Positions 51,993 to 63,780 are shown, counted from the first letter of the stretch. The stretch: DNA of 64,000 nt from an uncultured bacterium (GCA_963749495.1 CAVVMW010000021.1:672001-736000), one strand, 5' to 3'. Notes: a model not told the origin generated them from the letters alone. A program made the numbers and translations.

Positions 51993-53401
51993 ATGACGGA
52001 CGACTTCCAGTTGTTGCGGCAATACGCGCAAGGCTCCGAATCGGCCTTTGGCGAATTGGTGTCGCGCTACGTGAACTTGGTCTATTCGGCGGCGCTGCGG
52101 CAGACCGGCAATGTTCAGCACGCACAAGACGTGGCCCAAACCGTCTTCGCCGCGCTGGCGCGCAAGGCGCGAACGCTTTCGCACAACGTTGTCCTCGGCG
52201 GCTGGCTCTACCGCCATACCTGTTTCGCCGCCGCGCAGACGATGCGAACCGAACGCCGCCGTCAGGCTCAGAGAGGCGGGCTGTCACCATGGATGAACTC
52301 CAAAACCGCAGCGAAACCGATTGGGAGCGGCTGGCGCCCGTGCTCGACAACGCCATGAGGAGCCTGGGCGGAGCCGATCGCGACGCCATTGTGCTGCGCT
52401 ACTTCGAGAAACGCGACCTCCAAGGCGTTGGCGCCGCGCTCGGCATCAGCCAGGAAGCCGCGCGAAAGCGAGTGACTCGCGCGCTGGAGAAATTGCGCGG
52501 TCAACTTGCTCGCAAGGGCGTCACTTCAACCGCAGCCGCGCTGGCGTTTACGCTGGCAGGAAATGCCATTACTGCCGCACCTGCCGGTTTTGCGGCAACG
52601 CTCACCAGCACTTCGCTGGCGGGCGTTGCGGCAGCCGGAACAACATTCAGTATTCTCGGATTTATGACCAAACTCCAAGCAGGAATCATCAGTGCCCTCC
52701 TTGTCGCTGCCACAGTCACGCCGTTGCTGATTCAACATCGAGCTCAAGCCAGGCTGCGTGAAAAGAACCAGATGTTGGAGCAGCAAGCGGACCGACTAGT
52801 GCAACTGGCAGCCGAAAACGAACGACTTTCAAACCTTGTCGCGAACGCAAGCCGGCCGGTCGCGAACGACCAGGTCAACGAACTCATGCGCCTGCGGGGC
52901 CAAATGGGCGCGCTTCGGCGGCAGACCAATGAACTGGGAGAACTCCAGGAAGAGAATCGTCGGCTGAAACAAGCGGCCTCGCCAGAAGTGGCGGCCGGAG
53001 CGGCCACAGCGGCGCTCCAGAGCCGGAAGGCAGGCTTCGCTAGGAATTTCGCCCTGGCTCTGATTTCTTATGCCTCCGAGAACCAGAACCAGTTTCCCAC
53101 GAATTTCGACCAAATCAGCCGCTACTTGCCGGCGGTGTTCCAGCACCTTCCGGTGCCGACTTCCGACTTGGATGGTTTCATCCAAGCGACCAACCAATTT
53201 GAAATCGTTTTCCATGGGTCTTTCGATGATGCGTTGACCCATCCAGGTTCGGTGGTCGTGGTGCGTGAACGTCAGGCCTGGCTGACGCCCCTGGGCTTTT
53301 GGGCGAAGACCTACGGCTTCGCCGACGGTCACTGTGAAACTCACACCTCGACCGATGGTGACTTCAAGAGATGGGATTCCACGCCCTCGGACGGCAAGTG
53401 A
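51993..53401 (+). pseudogene. ECF sigma factor with TM and C-terminal domain, frameshift near 52270
   Basis: Paralog of 43445-44848 in two frames; ends YGFADGH. Confidence 0.85.
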
Positions 53402-53541
53402 GAAGCGACCAATGACCGAAGCGGGTTCTGATCTCTGCGCAAAATGGAGAGTGGGCGGCCTTCTTTGTTCCCACGCTGAGCTCGGCAGTCATCTCGTGCG
53501 ATACGGGGTATGAAGCCGCCGTTGTGCCGCGCTTGAAATGA

Positions 53542-53646
53542 CGGATGGTTCTCTCTGAACTGCGCGCGCATGGGGGAATGCCGTGGACTTGCACCACGTG
53601 CCCGAAGGCACGCACTGTTTAGCAAACAGACCCGGCTCACTCGTCC
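53542..53646 (-). pseudogene. Second tRNA-Ser(GCU) (5'-truncated) plus tRNA-Ile 5' part
   Basis: Aligns with 34439-34543; loop ttGCTaa; Ile part ends at CATCCG. Confidence 0.8.
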
Positions 53647-53742
53647 AATATCCAGAACTCCTGACATAGGCGTCAAGCAAATGTCCGCTTTTTGTGTCCA
53701 CTAAGGGACCATGCCCAGTTTGATCCGCCGAGTTCTGCGACG

Positions 53743-53994
53743 ATGGCGGCTAAACCCGGCAAACTCTCCTTCAAAGAAGCGCGTGAATTGGAAGGCATTG
53801 AGCCGCAAATTCTCGCCTTGGAGGAGGAGATTGCGCGGATTGAAGGTTTGTTCGCGTCGCCCAATTTTCATCGCACCCACGCAACACAAACCAACGAACT
53901 GCTTGCAGAGCTGGCGTCCGCCAAGCAAAAGCTGCCCCAGCTTTACGCCCGGTGGGAGGAATCGGAAGCGTTCAAGTCCGTCTCCGCAAAGTGA
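53743..53994 (+). pseudogene. C-terminal fragment of an ABC-F (Uup-like) ATPase
   Basis: KLSFKEARELEGIE..I..LEEE...LYARWEE. Confidence 0.7.
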
Positions 53995-53999
53995 GCCGT

Positions 54000-55558
54000 T
54001 TATGGTTTGGGTGGCACCGTCACATCCGTGATCTCCATTTTCGCGTAATAGTCCTTGAGCACGCAACGGAGGGTGAAGACCTGCCCTTTGCGAACCTCCT
54101 CGCCGCGCAAGAATTGGAAGAAGGTTTTCTCGTCGGTACGGTTTCCCGTCGTTGACCCCGCGAATGTCCTCAAAGCGCGCGTTCTCCGCGTGCAAGCCGG
54201 TCTGTTTGTCATTCATCTTGTCGAATAGCCAGAAGATGGGTGCGCCGGTGTTGGAGGCTTCCAGGGCGGCCACTTGCTCCTTGCTCAAAAACTTGCGCAC
54301 GCCTTTCCAATCAGACATTAACATGAAATCGCTCCCGTAGTAGTCGCGCGTTTGCGCCCCGCGCGATAAAAGAAAGCGACTGTGATCAACGCTGAAATAA
54401 GCCTCGCCCGTATGCACCCCGTCGCCCGTCAACTCGCGCGAACCCTCCCGTGTCTGCAACGCCCGAACGAATGCCAACGGTCGTCACTCCCTTCAGCGGC
54501 AGGTCCTTTTTCAATTCTTGGCCGCCGACAAAGGTCAACTCTTCCTGAAATTCCCCGCCCGGAGCCTCCCCGCGCACGACAAACGTCCCGGGAGTCACCC
54601 GCGCAAATTGAAAACGTCCCTGGCTGTCGGCGCGCATCACGTCCCAATCGCAGATGCGCACGATCGTCTTCGACGCCGGTTGACCGTCCGGCCGCAACAC
54701 CCGTCCGGTAAAGGACGCGGCGTCTTTGGCGGAAAGCGGCTCCAGATCAAACTCGCGCCCCTTCACGACGGCTTTTTCGTCAACGCCAATCGGCTCGTTG
54801 ATGGCTTTGCAGCCCGGGGCGATGATCCGCAGAGGGGCAGTCTTCCCATCACGCGGCACGTGAATGACCAGGACGCCTGACTCCGGCATTGAATATTCTT
54901 GATAAACCATAGCCAGAACGTCCACCGGCCTGACTCCAGGCGGCAGACGCAGCTTGGCCACCAAAAAATTGCAGTCCCGCAACACATCGTCTCTCGCCGG
55001 GGCCAGATATTTAACTAATCCGTCCGCATCACCGCTGTCGATGAAGGGCTTTACCTTATTCTGATCTGGAACAAACGCCTTGGCCAGGAGTTCCTCCATG
55101 TCTTTGGTCAAAGGCAGGTTGACCGCGCGGCGTGCGGCGAGGACGTGCCGCAGGAACGACTCCGGCCGCGGTTCATATCCGCTGGTCTGCTCCAGAACGC
55201 GCCCGCTCGATGAATCCAGGAACACGAGTGTAGGGTAGCCGCCCGCATTGAATTTCTTGTTCAGGGCCGCGTCTTCGTAGGCTTTGACCCAGACGAACTC
55301 CTTCAGGCCGGAGAGAACGGCGGGCGACGGCAACGTCTGGCTTTCCAGCATTTTACACGGGCCACACCAAGTCGCTGTCAACATGAGGAAAAGCGGCCGC
55401 TTCTCCGCCTTCGCCTTGGCCAGCGCGCCCGCGTAGTCCTTCTCCCACGGCAACGACTCTCCGTCCACGAACAGCGCGGAGGACAAAAGGGCAAGAACGA
55501 GTAAAGCGGCCTGAAGACGCGGCGGTTGTTGTTGCTTTTTCATCTGATATGTGAACAA
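54000..55558 (-). pseudogene. Secreted thioredoxin-like plus carboxypeptidase-regulatory-like protein, frameshifted
   Basis: WCGPC; GRVLRPDGQP; continues in other frames. Confidence 0.7.
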
Positions 55559-55673
55559 TTGAGTTAAGAAACTGAATTAGGCAATTAAAAAGACGCTGGC
55601 CAAGGAAAGTTCAACGGCACAAACGCGCGAAGGTGCGTCATTAACGTCGGACACAGGATGCCCGCTTTTTGCC

Positions 55674-57959
55674 TCAAGATGCTTTCCGAATTGCGCAATG
55701 CAGGCGCAAGCGGGAACCTGGGAAAATGGTTTTCGTCTGGTTGAGTTCCGAGCAGAGCGCCGCGATGGCATCCGTGCGGTGCGCCGAACTTTGCGCCGCC
55801 AGCGTTACGCGCAACTCCGTTTGGGTGACTTCCAGATCAGCCGCGCTGGCCAAAGCCGATTGGATCAGAGTTCGGCCTTCCTCGCCCGCCCTCCGGTAAT
55901 GGGGCGCGACTAACCGGAGCAGATCGCTTTCGGCTTGATAGGCCACCATCTTGATCAGGTTGGTGAGGTGTTTTCGTTCGGGGGCCAGTTCGACGACCGG
56001 CTCTTCCGTGACGGCTTGGATGGGAACTCGGCGTGGCACGGCGGCGCGACGTTTTTCCAGTTGCAGCACCCGCTGCCAGGCATTCCAGATTTTCTGGCCC
56101 AGTTTTCCTTGCGCGATTTTGAACCCGCGCATCGTCCGGCGCTGGCGTTCCAGGGTGGTCAGCGCCTCCAGTCCGTATTCGGCTTGCAGTTGATCCAAGT
56201 GCGCCCAGGCTTGGCGGAGTTGGCCGTCCACAGCAGCCCACGCCGGGTTGGGAACCTCCCGGGTGGGATCGTCAGGCAGTGCGGCATATTCGACCAAGGC
56301 ATCCAACGCGTATTCCTCGCGCAGGTATTTGAAGAAGTTTTCTTGACGCCAACGCTCAAACATTCGATAGGCCGCTTGGGCAGGCGACAAATCCCGCCGG
56401 GAGGTCAGGATGGGAGTTTGATGGCCCTCGTCGGTGAGGCGAGTGACCTGCCGCAAACGCAGCCGGCCCTTGAGCAAGCGCACCTCTTGGTCAGCCAGGA
56501 CATAGGTCACGGTTCGTCCGTCGCGGCGTGTGCGGCAGGCGTGGAAATTTTTGCGGGGGATGCGGGGACCACGGCCCTTGCGGTAAGTCAGCAGGTCAAA
56601 GCCAGAGGCCAGTATTTGCTGCAAGAGTTTGGGACTGTAGCCGCCCCGATCAAAGACGACCGTGAGGCGTCGCTGGCCCACCAAGGCGCGGACCTGGTCG
56701 AGGATGCCAGGCAGCATCTTGACCAGGCCGGCGTTGGCTTGCGCGGTGATGACAAAGAGCGGCTCGCCGGCACTGTCGTTGACCCAGTAATCGGAAGTGG
56801 CCGGCAACGAGATGCGCATGCGAGCGACATGAGCCTTGGGCAAGGCGTGTTGGCCGTGGTAAACCCGCACATGCCCGTCGGCGTAGAGGAAGCCCAGAGC
56901 CGCGCCGCGCAAGGCCACCCGTTGCTGGGCCAGAGCTTGGCCAAATTGCACGGCCCTTCCCACGGCGGCTAGGCGGGCCAATTTGCGCCGCAGCGTTTTG
57001 AGTTCGGGTGCCCGGTCCAGTCCCAACACGCGCCCCAAGTCCTGGGGCGAATACTCTTTGAGGCCCTCAGGCCGTTTGATCCGCCACAGCGCCATGAGCA
57101 GCAGCGTCAGCAAGCTGGTGCGCAACCCATAAAAGGACGGGCCAAGACTGCCGTAGATTTTTTGCGCGCACTCGAACACGCCGCTGGCAACCAGGACCGG
57201 CAAGGCCAGGAGCACTCCGGCGCGCGGCACCGCCGTGGCGGAGCCAAAGAGCGGAGGCGCATCTTCCAACAAACCCAGACGCGCCAGCAACCGGTCAGTG
57301 CAACGGTCACCCGGATCGGTATCGTGGCTGGCGACGGAACTCTCTTTGCTGGCGCCGCAAAAAGCGGACAGGTTTGAGTCCACACTTTGCGTCGAGGCCA
57401 ACGGTGATGATGGCGCGGCAGGCATGGAACCGGACAGGGATGGGTTCGCAGGAGGCGTCGCATCCAAGGGTAATTGGTTCTGCACAGGGGATGTGGCTTT
57501 CCAACCCAAGCGTCGGAGGAGATTGCGGATGGCTTTCTCATTGACACCCATCCGACGTGCGATCTCGCGCTGGCCAACGCCTTGGGCTTTGAGGCGTTGA
57601 ATCAACTGTTCCCGCGCCGCCGCCAATCGGGCGCGTCCAGGTGGATAACCGCCCGTGCGTCCCAAGGCAGCCAATCCGCCTTCCTCAAAACGTCGTTGAT
57701 GCCGTCGCACCGTGCGCGCGGCGCAAGCGAAAGCCCGCGCAACCTCTTGTTGACTGGCCCATCCTTGTTCGACCAAATTGACCATAGCGTAAGCCTCCGC
57801 CATCCGATCCGTCCGCGCATACTGAGCCAGAGCGATCCCCGAAACGAGCACCACACAGTGGCCCTCTTGACTTCTCACCATGCACCGCGAATTGATCACG
57901 CACACATTTTCCGGATTGCGGACTTCTGGAAACAAATCCTCATTTTGATTGACATGCAT
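55674..57959 (-). CDS. Putative DDE transposase with N-terminal HTH domains
   Basis: YADGHVRVY, VVFDRGG, RWRQENFFK; two HTH motifs. Confidence 0.88.
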   Translation of the reverse strand: MHVNQNEDLFPEVRNPENVCVINSRCMVRSQEGHCVVLVSGIALAQYARTDRMAEAYAMVNLVEQGWASQQEVARAFACAARTVRRHQRRFEEGGLAALGRTGGYPPGRARLAAAREQLIQRLKAQGVGQREIARRMGVNEKAIRNLLRRLGWKATSPVQNQLPLDATPPANPSLSGSMPAAPSSPLASTQSVDSNLSAFCGASKESSVASHDTDPGDRCTDRLLARLGLLEDAPPLFGSATAVPRAGVLLALPVLVASGVFECAQKIYGSLGPSFYGLRTSLLTLLLMALWRIKRPEGLKEYSPQDLGRVLGLDRAPELKTLRRKLARLAAVGRAVQFGQALAQQRVALRGAALGFLYADGHVRVYHGQHALPKAHVARMRISLPATSDYWVNDSAGEPLFVITAQANAGLVKMLPGILDQVRALVGQRRLTVVFDRGGYSPKLLQQILASGFDLLTYRKGRGPRIPRKNFHACRTRRDGRTVTYVLADQEVRLLKGRLRLRQVTRLTDEGHQTPILTSRRDLSPAQAAYRMFERWRQENFFKYLREEYALDALVEYAALPDDPTREVPNPAWAAVDGQLRQAWAHLDQLQAEYGLEALTTLERQRRTMRGFKIAQGKLGQKIWNAWQRVLQLEKRRAAVPRRVPIQAVTEEPVVELAPERKHLTNLIKMVAYQAESDLLRLVAPHYRRAGEEGRTLIQSALASAADLEVTQTELRVTLAAQSSAHRTDAIAALCSELNQTKTIFPGSRLRLHCAIRKAS

Positions 57960-58344
57960 ACCGGGTCAAACTACCCGGTGTTCAAAAAAGCGGACAGGTT
58001 TGAGTCCGCACCCCGCCGCCGCCTCAAAACGTAGAAATCCCCGGAAAACCGCGGACAATCGACGAGGCTATGTCAGGAGTTCTGGATATCGGAACGGTGC
58101 CCCGGTTTTATCGGCATTCGAAGCGGCAAACAACCGAAAGATAGCGGACCCTTCTGAGCTGCTGCCATACGGCAAGACGCCCGAACAACGAGCGGCAGTG
58201 CAGAGATGGATCCAGCGGTTCAACGATGCCATCAAATGAATCGATCCGCTCCTGCTGGCAGATTCGGATCCTCCAGCCCGATTTTCGCCTGGCGCGCAAG
58301 GCGCCGTCCGTAGCGAGTGTTCTGCAGTTCATTTTCCCCCCAAA

Positions 58345-58400
58345 GAATCTTTACATGTGTAAAGATTCCTCTTGACAACCTCTACACTTGTAGATATATC
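58345..58400 (+). promoter_or_regulatory. Promoter with two BlaI/CopY-type operators
   Basis: GAATCTTTACA-tg-TGTAAAGATTC (58345-58368) and TCTACA-ct-TGTAGA (58381-58394) around TTGACA (58372). Confidence 0.85.
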
Positions 58401-58413
58401 TGGGCCGTATCGT

Positions 58414-58839
58414 ATGAAAAAAGGCAAAATCGAACTGACCGAAGCCGAGTGGACCATCATCAAGGCCGTCTGGGCCGCCGAACCGTGCACCGCCCCGGCC
58501 ATCCAGGAGAAGGTGCGCTCGGCCACCGATTGGACCTACTCGACCGTGCGCACGCTCATGGATCGCATGGTCGCCAAGGGCCTGCTGAGCGCCGAAAAGG
58601 CCCGCCACGTCACGCTCTTTCGCTCGGCGGTCACCCGGGAGCAGGCCCAGCGAAGCGAGCTCCTTTACGCCCTCAAACACGCCTTCAACGGCGCGCTGAC
58701 CCCGATGGTCCAGTGTCTGCTCGACACGGGCGACATCTCCCCCCAGGAACTCGCCCAGTTGGAGGCCCTGATCAAGGCAAGACGAGGAGCCCGGAAAAAG
58801 TCCGCCTCCTCGAGTCCTGGAGACCAACGCCCCGGTTAA
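58414..58839 (+). CDS. BlaI/MecI/CopY family repressor
   Basis: LTEAEWTIIKAVW, WTYSTVRTLMDRMVAKG. Confidence 0.92.
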   Translation: MKKGKIELTEAEWTIIKAVWAAEPCTAPAIQEKVRSATDWTYSTVRTLMDRMVAKGLLSAEKARHVTLFRSAVTREQAQRSELLYALKHAFNGALTPMVQCLLDTGDISPQELAQLEALIKARRGARKKSASSSPGDQRPG

Positions 58840-58857
58840 CCCTTTGCGGACCTCGCC

Positions 58858-61455
58858 ATGAACTCGACTATTCTCACTTTGAACCATTGGGCAGGGCCGG
58901 TCCTGGCTTTTGCCTGGCCGATGCTCTGGCAGTCCAGCCTGCTCATCGGCTTCTTGCTGGCCCTGGACCTCGTCTTCCGCCGCAAGCTGCGCGCCTCGGT
59001 GCGCTACGCGGTCTGGCTCGTGGTGCTGGCTAAACTCGCGCTGCCGCCGTCGATGGCGCTGCCCACCGGCCTGGGCTGGTGGCTGCGTCCGGCCGCAACC
59101 GCGCCCGTCGCACCTCGCCCGGCTGTGGTGTCCGTCACCTACGGACCGATCTTGGCCCTGCCGCCCCAAGGGCACATGGCCGCCCTGACCCAGCCCGCGC
59201 TTCCGGCGCCGCGGCTCTCTGCTGCGGCCTGGGCGCTGGCGACGGCGGGCGCGGTCAGTCTTGGTTTGCTGGCCTGGATGCTGGTCCGCTGGCGGCAGGT
59301 CGCCCGGGAGGCGAGGCGCGCGGCGCCCGCCCCGGACTGGATCGAGGAACTCTTCGTCCAAGCGCGGCGGCGGAGCGGTCTGCGGCGGGGTGCGCGGCTC
59401 AGGCTGATCGATCGCCCGATGTCGCCGGCGGTCTGCGGCCTGCTGCGCCCGGTCGTCCTGGTGCCGCGCGCGCTGGCCGAGCAGCTTCCGCCGGACCAAC
59501 TGCGGTCCGTGCTCCTGCACGAACTGGTCCATCTCCGGCGCGGCAACCTCTGGCTCAGCTTCGTCCAATCTTTGCTCCAGATTATCTATTGGTGGCATCC
59601 GCTGCTCTGGCTCGCCAACGCCCGCATCCGCCGCGCCCGCGAGGAGGCCGTGGACGACGCTGTCATGCTCGCCCTCGAGGGCGACGCCGAGGCCTACGCG
59701 CCCACGCTGCTCGAAGTGGCCAGGCTGTCCCTCGCGCGTCCGCCGCTCAGCCTGGGCCTGGTGGGCATCTTGGAATCCCGCAGTTTCCTGCGCCAGCGCA
59801 TCGAGCGGCTGCTTGATTTCCGCCCGCCCCGCCGGGCCGGGCTGACGCTCGCCTCGCTGTTCTCCGTCGCCGCCTTCGCCGCCATGGCCCTGCCCATGGG
59901 CCAGGCGCCGGCCCGACCGGGAAGGCCGAACCCAAGGTCATGGTCCAGGTCGCAGAACCCGCGTCCTCGGATTTGGATGCCGAAGCGCTTTCAGCGACTT
60001 CTACGCCCCCGCCTGCTACAAACCACCCACAGGATTTGGGGTCTGGTTGGGGCCGGACAAACATCGCCTTCCCCGGCCGCGGTCGCCGGCTCATTGCCAG
60101 CAAGCTCGACCGCATCTACCTGGATGAGGTCCAACCGATGGACAACATCCCGCTGAGCGAGGTGATCAAGTTCCTCGATGACCAGGCCCGCAAACGCGAC
60201 CCCGACGGCCTCGGCATCAATTTCATCCTCGCCCCCCATGCTGGCACCGTCGGCCATACCGACCCCTCCACGGGTCTGCCGGCGGCCGCCTGGCCCGAAC
60301 TAGTGGAGATGGGCGACATCGGCATCACGATCAGGCTGGCCCTCCATGACATCCGCCTGGCCGACTTCCTCGATGTCATCGTCAGAGACGTCCGACCAGC
60401 CGATCAGTTACTCGATCGAGGATTATGGCGTGGTCTTTTCAATGAAAGGGCCCGATCCAACGCCGCTTTACTTCCGCGTCATCAAGGTTGATCCCAACAC
60501 CTTCGAACAGGGCCTGCGGAGGTTACTGGCGGAGCCCACTGCGGACAATCGCACCGAAACCCTCCTCGGGCTGACGCGCCGGTTCCTCATTCAACTGTGC
60601 GGAGTGGATATGACTCCCCCCAAAAGCTTTTTCTACAGCCACGGCGAAGGCTCATTGTTGATCTATGCCACCCTCACCGATTTGGACACAATCGAAAGGG
60701 CCGTTGAGGTTCTCAACATCAGCCCCCATCAAGTCAACATCAAGACCGTGTTCGTCGAGTTGCCGAAAGCGGATGCGCGCGCCTTCTGGGAGAAATTCGG
60801 CTACACCAACCAGCCCGCCTCACCAGGCCGCGTCAGGACCACGACCCTCACTGCCGCTGAGGCTGAAGGCCAACTCCGCCGGTGGAAATCCCCGGGCGGC
60901 ACCAACATCCTCGGCTCGATAGCGGTCACGACCCTGGATGGACGGAAATCGCAAGCCATGATTGTGGATCTGCGGAAGATAATGACCCGAGACGCCAATG
61001 GCCGGCCCAAACCGGAGACCGTGTCCCTCGGGCCGACCTTGGACATCACCCCTCACCTGACGGAGGACCAACTGCGGGTCGAGATGGACTTGGGGGCGAA
61101 AGTCGTGGACCTCGTCGGCTACAACGGCACGCCGCTCTCTTCGCCGATTCCCTCAGCCTCGGGCGCCAATTCTGCGTCAGCTACGCCGCCCTTGGCCGTG
61201 CCACGCGTCCGCGTGGCGCGGCCCACCGCCCCCGTGCCGGTCGAGGATGGCCACACTGTCGTCCTGGGCAATTTCGCCATTGAAGACGTCGGCGCACTGG
61301 AAGAGCGGGTCCCGGTCCTGGGAGACATCCCTGTCATCGGGCGGCTTTTCCGCAGCGAGTTCGAGCAGGCCAACGGCAGCGACATCCTGGTCTTCGTCAC
61401 CCCAACCATCATCGATCCCGCTGGCAACCCCATCCGCGCCCCCGGGAGCAGATAG
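58858..61455 (+). pseudogene. M56 (BlaR1-like) metallopeptidase fused to a secretin domain, two frameshifts
   Basis: HELVH, YWWHPLLW, REEAVD; C-terminal VPVLGDIPVIGRLFRS..LVFVTPTII. Confidence 0.82.
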
Positions 61456-61617
61456 CGCCGCGCCGCGCAGTGCCGTCGGGAATGGATTGAACTTTGGACA
61501 GGTAACAGGCAGCATACGCGTTGTCCGAGCCACCGGTTATTCGGGTGGATGGAGCACCTTTGTGGCGATGAATCAATGTCCGGAGAAATCGCGTTGAATC
61601 CCGTGCACACTGCGCCC

Positions 61618-62502
61618 ATGAGGAAGCAGGTCAGAATTGCGCTTGCGATGGTGCTGCTCGGCACCGTCGGCGCGATCGTGTGGTGGTTTCTGGCGCCGCG
61701 TTCCACTGCAAGACCTTTCGCCTCCGGCGCGCGCGCAGGTCCCGCCCAGTTCCTCGAGGTGAGCGCCGAGATCAATACAACGAAGTGGACTACCGCTGCC
61801 CCAGGCACGAGGAAGGAGTTCCACTCAAGTTTTAGCGCTCGCTGCCTGGCTGGCACGAACAGGTGGATCATCAAAGACAATGCCGGTAGTAACGGCAGGG
61901 ATATTTGGTGTTTCACAGGCTCCAACATCGTCAAACACACGGTCATTACCAAGGAACCCATCGCCCAGGATCTCCAGCAGGTTCGGGATTGGGCATCAAC
62001 CAAACTCCTTGGCCGCCAGCCAAAGCCTAGGCCCGGCCCGAAAATGCCCCATTGGAGAGAGGTGTGGACCAACGTCTTTGCCTCCATCAACGGGTGTCCG
62101 CCGCAAACGATGCAGAGTCTTCCTTGGCTGGCCTTCTGCTCGGGCCATTTCCTGAGGACTGTGGGCAGGGAGATCCCCCTGCCCTTCCATTCCTTTCGCG
62201 AACAGCGCTACTCCGATGAGACCTCGACTTTTGACGACCCCGGCGGATTGCCACGGCGTGTCGAGTTCTACACTCCCGACCGGAAGCTCGTGTGCCGCTA
62301 CGAGGTCCAGCGGTCAACCAATTACGGGAGCCGCACTGTTCCACTGGAATTCAAGGTGGAGCAGTATCGTGACAGCGCATCCGGCGCCTGGGAGCTTTGG
62401 GCGCAAGCGATCGGCAGGGTGACATCCCTGCGCCAAGTCGAGCGATTTGAAATCCCGCCGGAGGTCGAAGGTGCCCTCCAGAGCCAGGTGCCTCATCCAT
62501 GA
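61618..62502 (+). CDS. Membrane-anchored hypothetical protein
   Basis: N-terminal TM helix; long ORF. Confidence 0.6.
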   Translation: MRKQVRIALAMVLLGTVGAIVWWFLAPRSTARPFASGARAGPAQFLEVSAEINTTKWTTAAPGTRKEFHSSFSARCLAGTNRWIIKDNAGSNGRDIWCFTGSNIVKHTVITKEPIAQDLQQVRDWASTKLLGRQPKPRPGPKMPHWREVWTNVFASINGCPPQTMQSLPWLAFCSGHFLRTVGREIPLPFHSFREQRYSDETSTFDDPGGLPRRVEFYTPDRKLVCRYEVQRSTNYGSRTVPLEFKVEQYRDSASGAWELWAQAIGRVTSLRQVERFEIPPEVEGALQSQVPHP

Positions 62503-62610
62503 GATCAGGAGCGGATCGAGAATCAACCTTCTGGCCGTAGCCGCTTTGGTCCCCCTTGGTGCGCTGGCGGGCCTCTCCGCGCGCAGGAACGGGCGAACCC
62601 GTCCTTCGAC

Positions 62611-63339
62611 TCAGCGGCGCAATTCTGCCTGGAGCTGCTTGGCCATTTCGGCGCGCTCTCGGGTAATCCCAAGCGGGATGTAGAAGACTGGCCCCAATGT
62701 TGCCCAACTGCTGGGACCATAGGAAAAAGGGATCAACTTCAGCGTCACGCGATGATCCGGTGTTGTCTCGAAAACCGCCTGCAACACGTCCCAGGATGAT
62801 GTGGGTTCCCTCTCCTGCGACAGGGGTCTCAATCTCGGCCGCGCGCAAACGGCAACCCACGCAGAGCCTGTTTTCTCGAAGAATTGTGGCCAGGTGAAGC
62901 CATGCTCGTTGGCCACGGTGTGGACTGCGTCCTCGAAACGGCGCCGCTGCTCGGCGCGCGGCAGGTCCGGCAGTTGAATGTTGGGCACTGGGTTGATTTC
63001 CGCATCCGCTGACCGGCACCAGTCAATGGTCTGCTCACCCTGGGCCTCAGGGTGGAGAGCGCAAGCCGCATCGAACTTATCCGACGCCTCCTGGACCTTT
63101 CCTTCGCGCGACAGTGAATCAGCCTCTCTCATCAGGGCCCTGGCTTTGGACTGCCTCTCCGCCAAGGCACCCGCCACGCCTGAAGCTGCCGCAGGCTCTT
63201 TTGGACTAACGGTATTGGTGCCCTTCTCACCAGGAACCTGAGCAGCCCCCTTCCGCTCTTCTGCGGAATCCGATGGTTCTCCGGCCCCCCAAAATGCTGC
63301 CGCCAAGCCCACAGCGAAGAAAGGAAAGAAGTGTTTCAT
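62611..63339 (-). CDS. Secreted hypothetical protein
   Basis: Signal-like MKHFFPFFAVGLAAAFWG; GAGGG upstream. Confidence 0.6.
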   Translation of the reverse strand: MKHFFPFFAVGLAAAFWGAGEPSDSAEERKGAAQVPGEKGTNTVSPKEPAAASGVAGALAERQSKARALMREADSLSREGKVQEASDKFDAACALHPEAQGEQTIDWCRSADAEINPVPNIQLPDLPRAEQRRRFEDAVHTVANEHGFTWPQFFEKTGSAWVAVCARPRLRPLSQEREPTSSWDVLQAVFETTPDHRVTLKLIPFSYGPSSWATLGPVFYIPLGITRERAEMAKQLQAELRR

Positions 63340-63449
63340 ACAATAGGTCCCTCGCCAAGTCATTCACCGATCATTCCTCCGCACGTTGACACGAAGCGTT
63401 CGAAAAGCAAGAACTCTTCGCGGGCGCGTTCCAGCTCCCGGTTCAGTTA

Positions 63450-63698
63450 ATGGATTTGGAGGGCTGGTATGTCGAACCCAGTTTGCGGGGGCGCGGCACT
63501 GGAAGGCAACTGCTTCAGGCAGCCGAGCGATGGGCAGCCGCCCGGAACCTGACAGAACTGGCCAGCGACGCCGAGTTGGAGAATACGGGGAGCATCCGTG
63601 CTCATTTTGCCTGCGGGTTTGCCGAAACCTGCCGTGCGGTGCATTTCATCAAACCAATCCCCTCGAAGGTTGGCACTTCCACGAAATCGGAAGGCTGA
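63450..63698 (+). pseudogene. C-terminal fragment of an AAC(6')-type GNAT acetyltransferase
   Basis: LEGWYV...RGRGTGRQL, ELASDAELEN..S..AH...GF. Confidence 0.75.
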
Positions 63699-63780
63699 GC
63701 GGCGGCCGCGGCCAGCATGAACTGGCCGGGCGCTGGCACGTTCTGGGTCACCGTGACCTTGAAGCAACAGGGTTGTCCAA

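Larger units (their letters stand above)
53648..58089. mobile_element. IS-like element with 22-bp terminal inverted repeats and ~2 kb of cargo
   Basis: atatccagaactcctgacatag (53648-53669) and its reverse complement (58068-58089); transposase inside. Confidence 0.8.
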
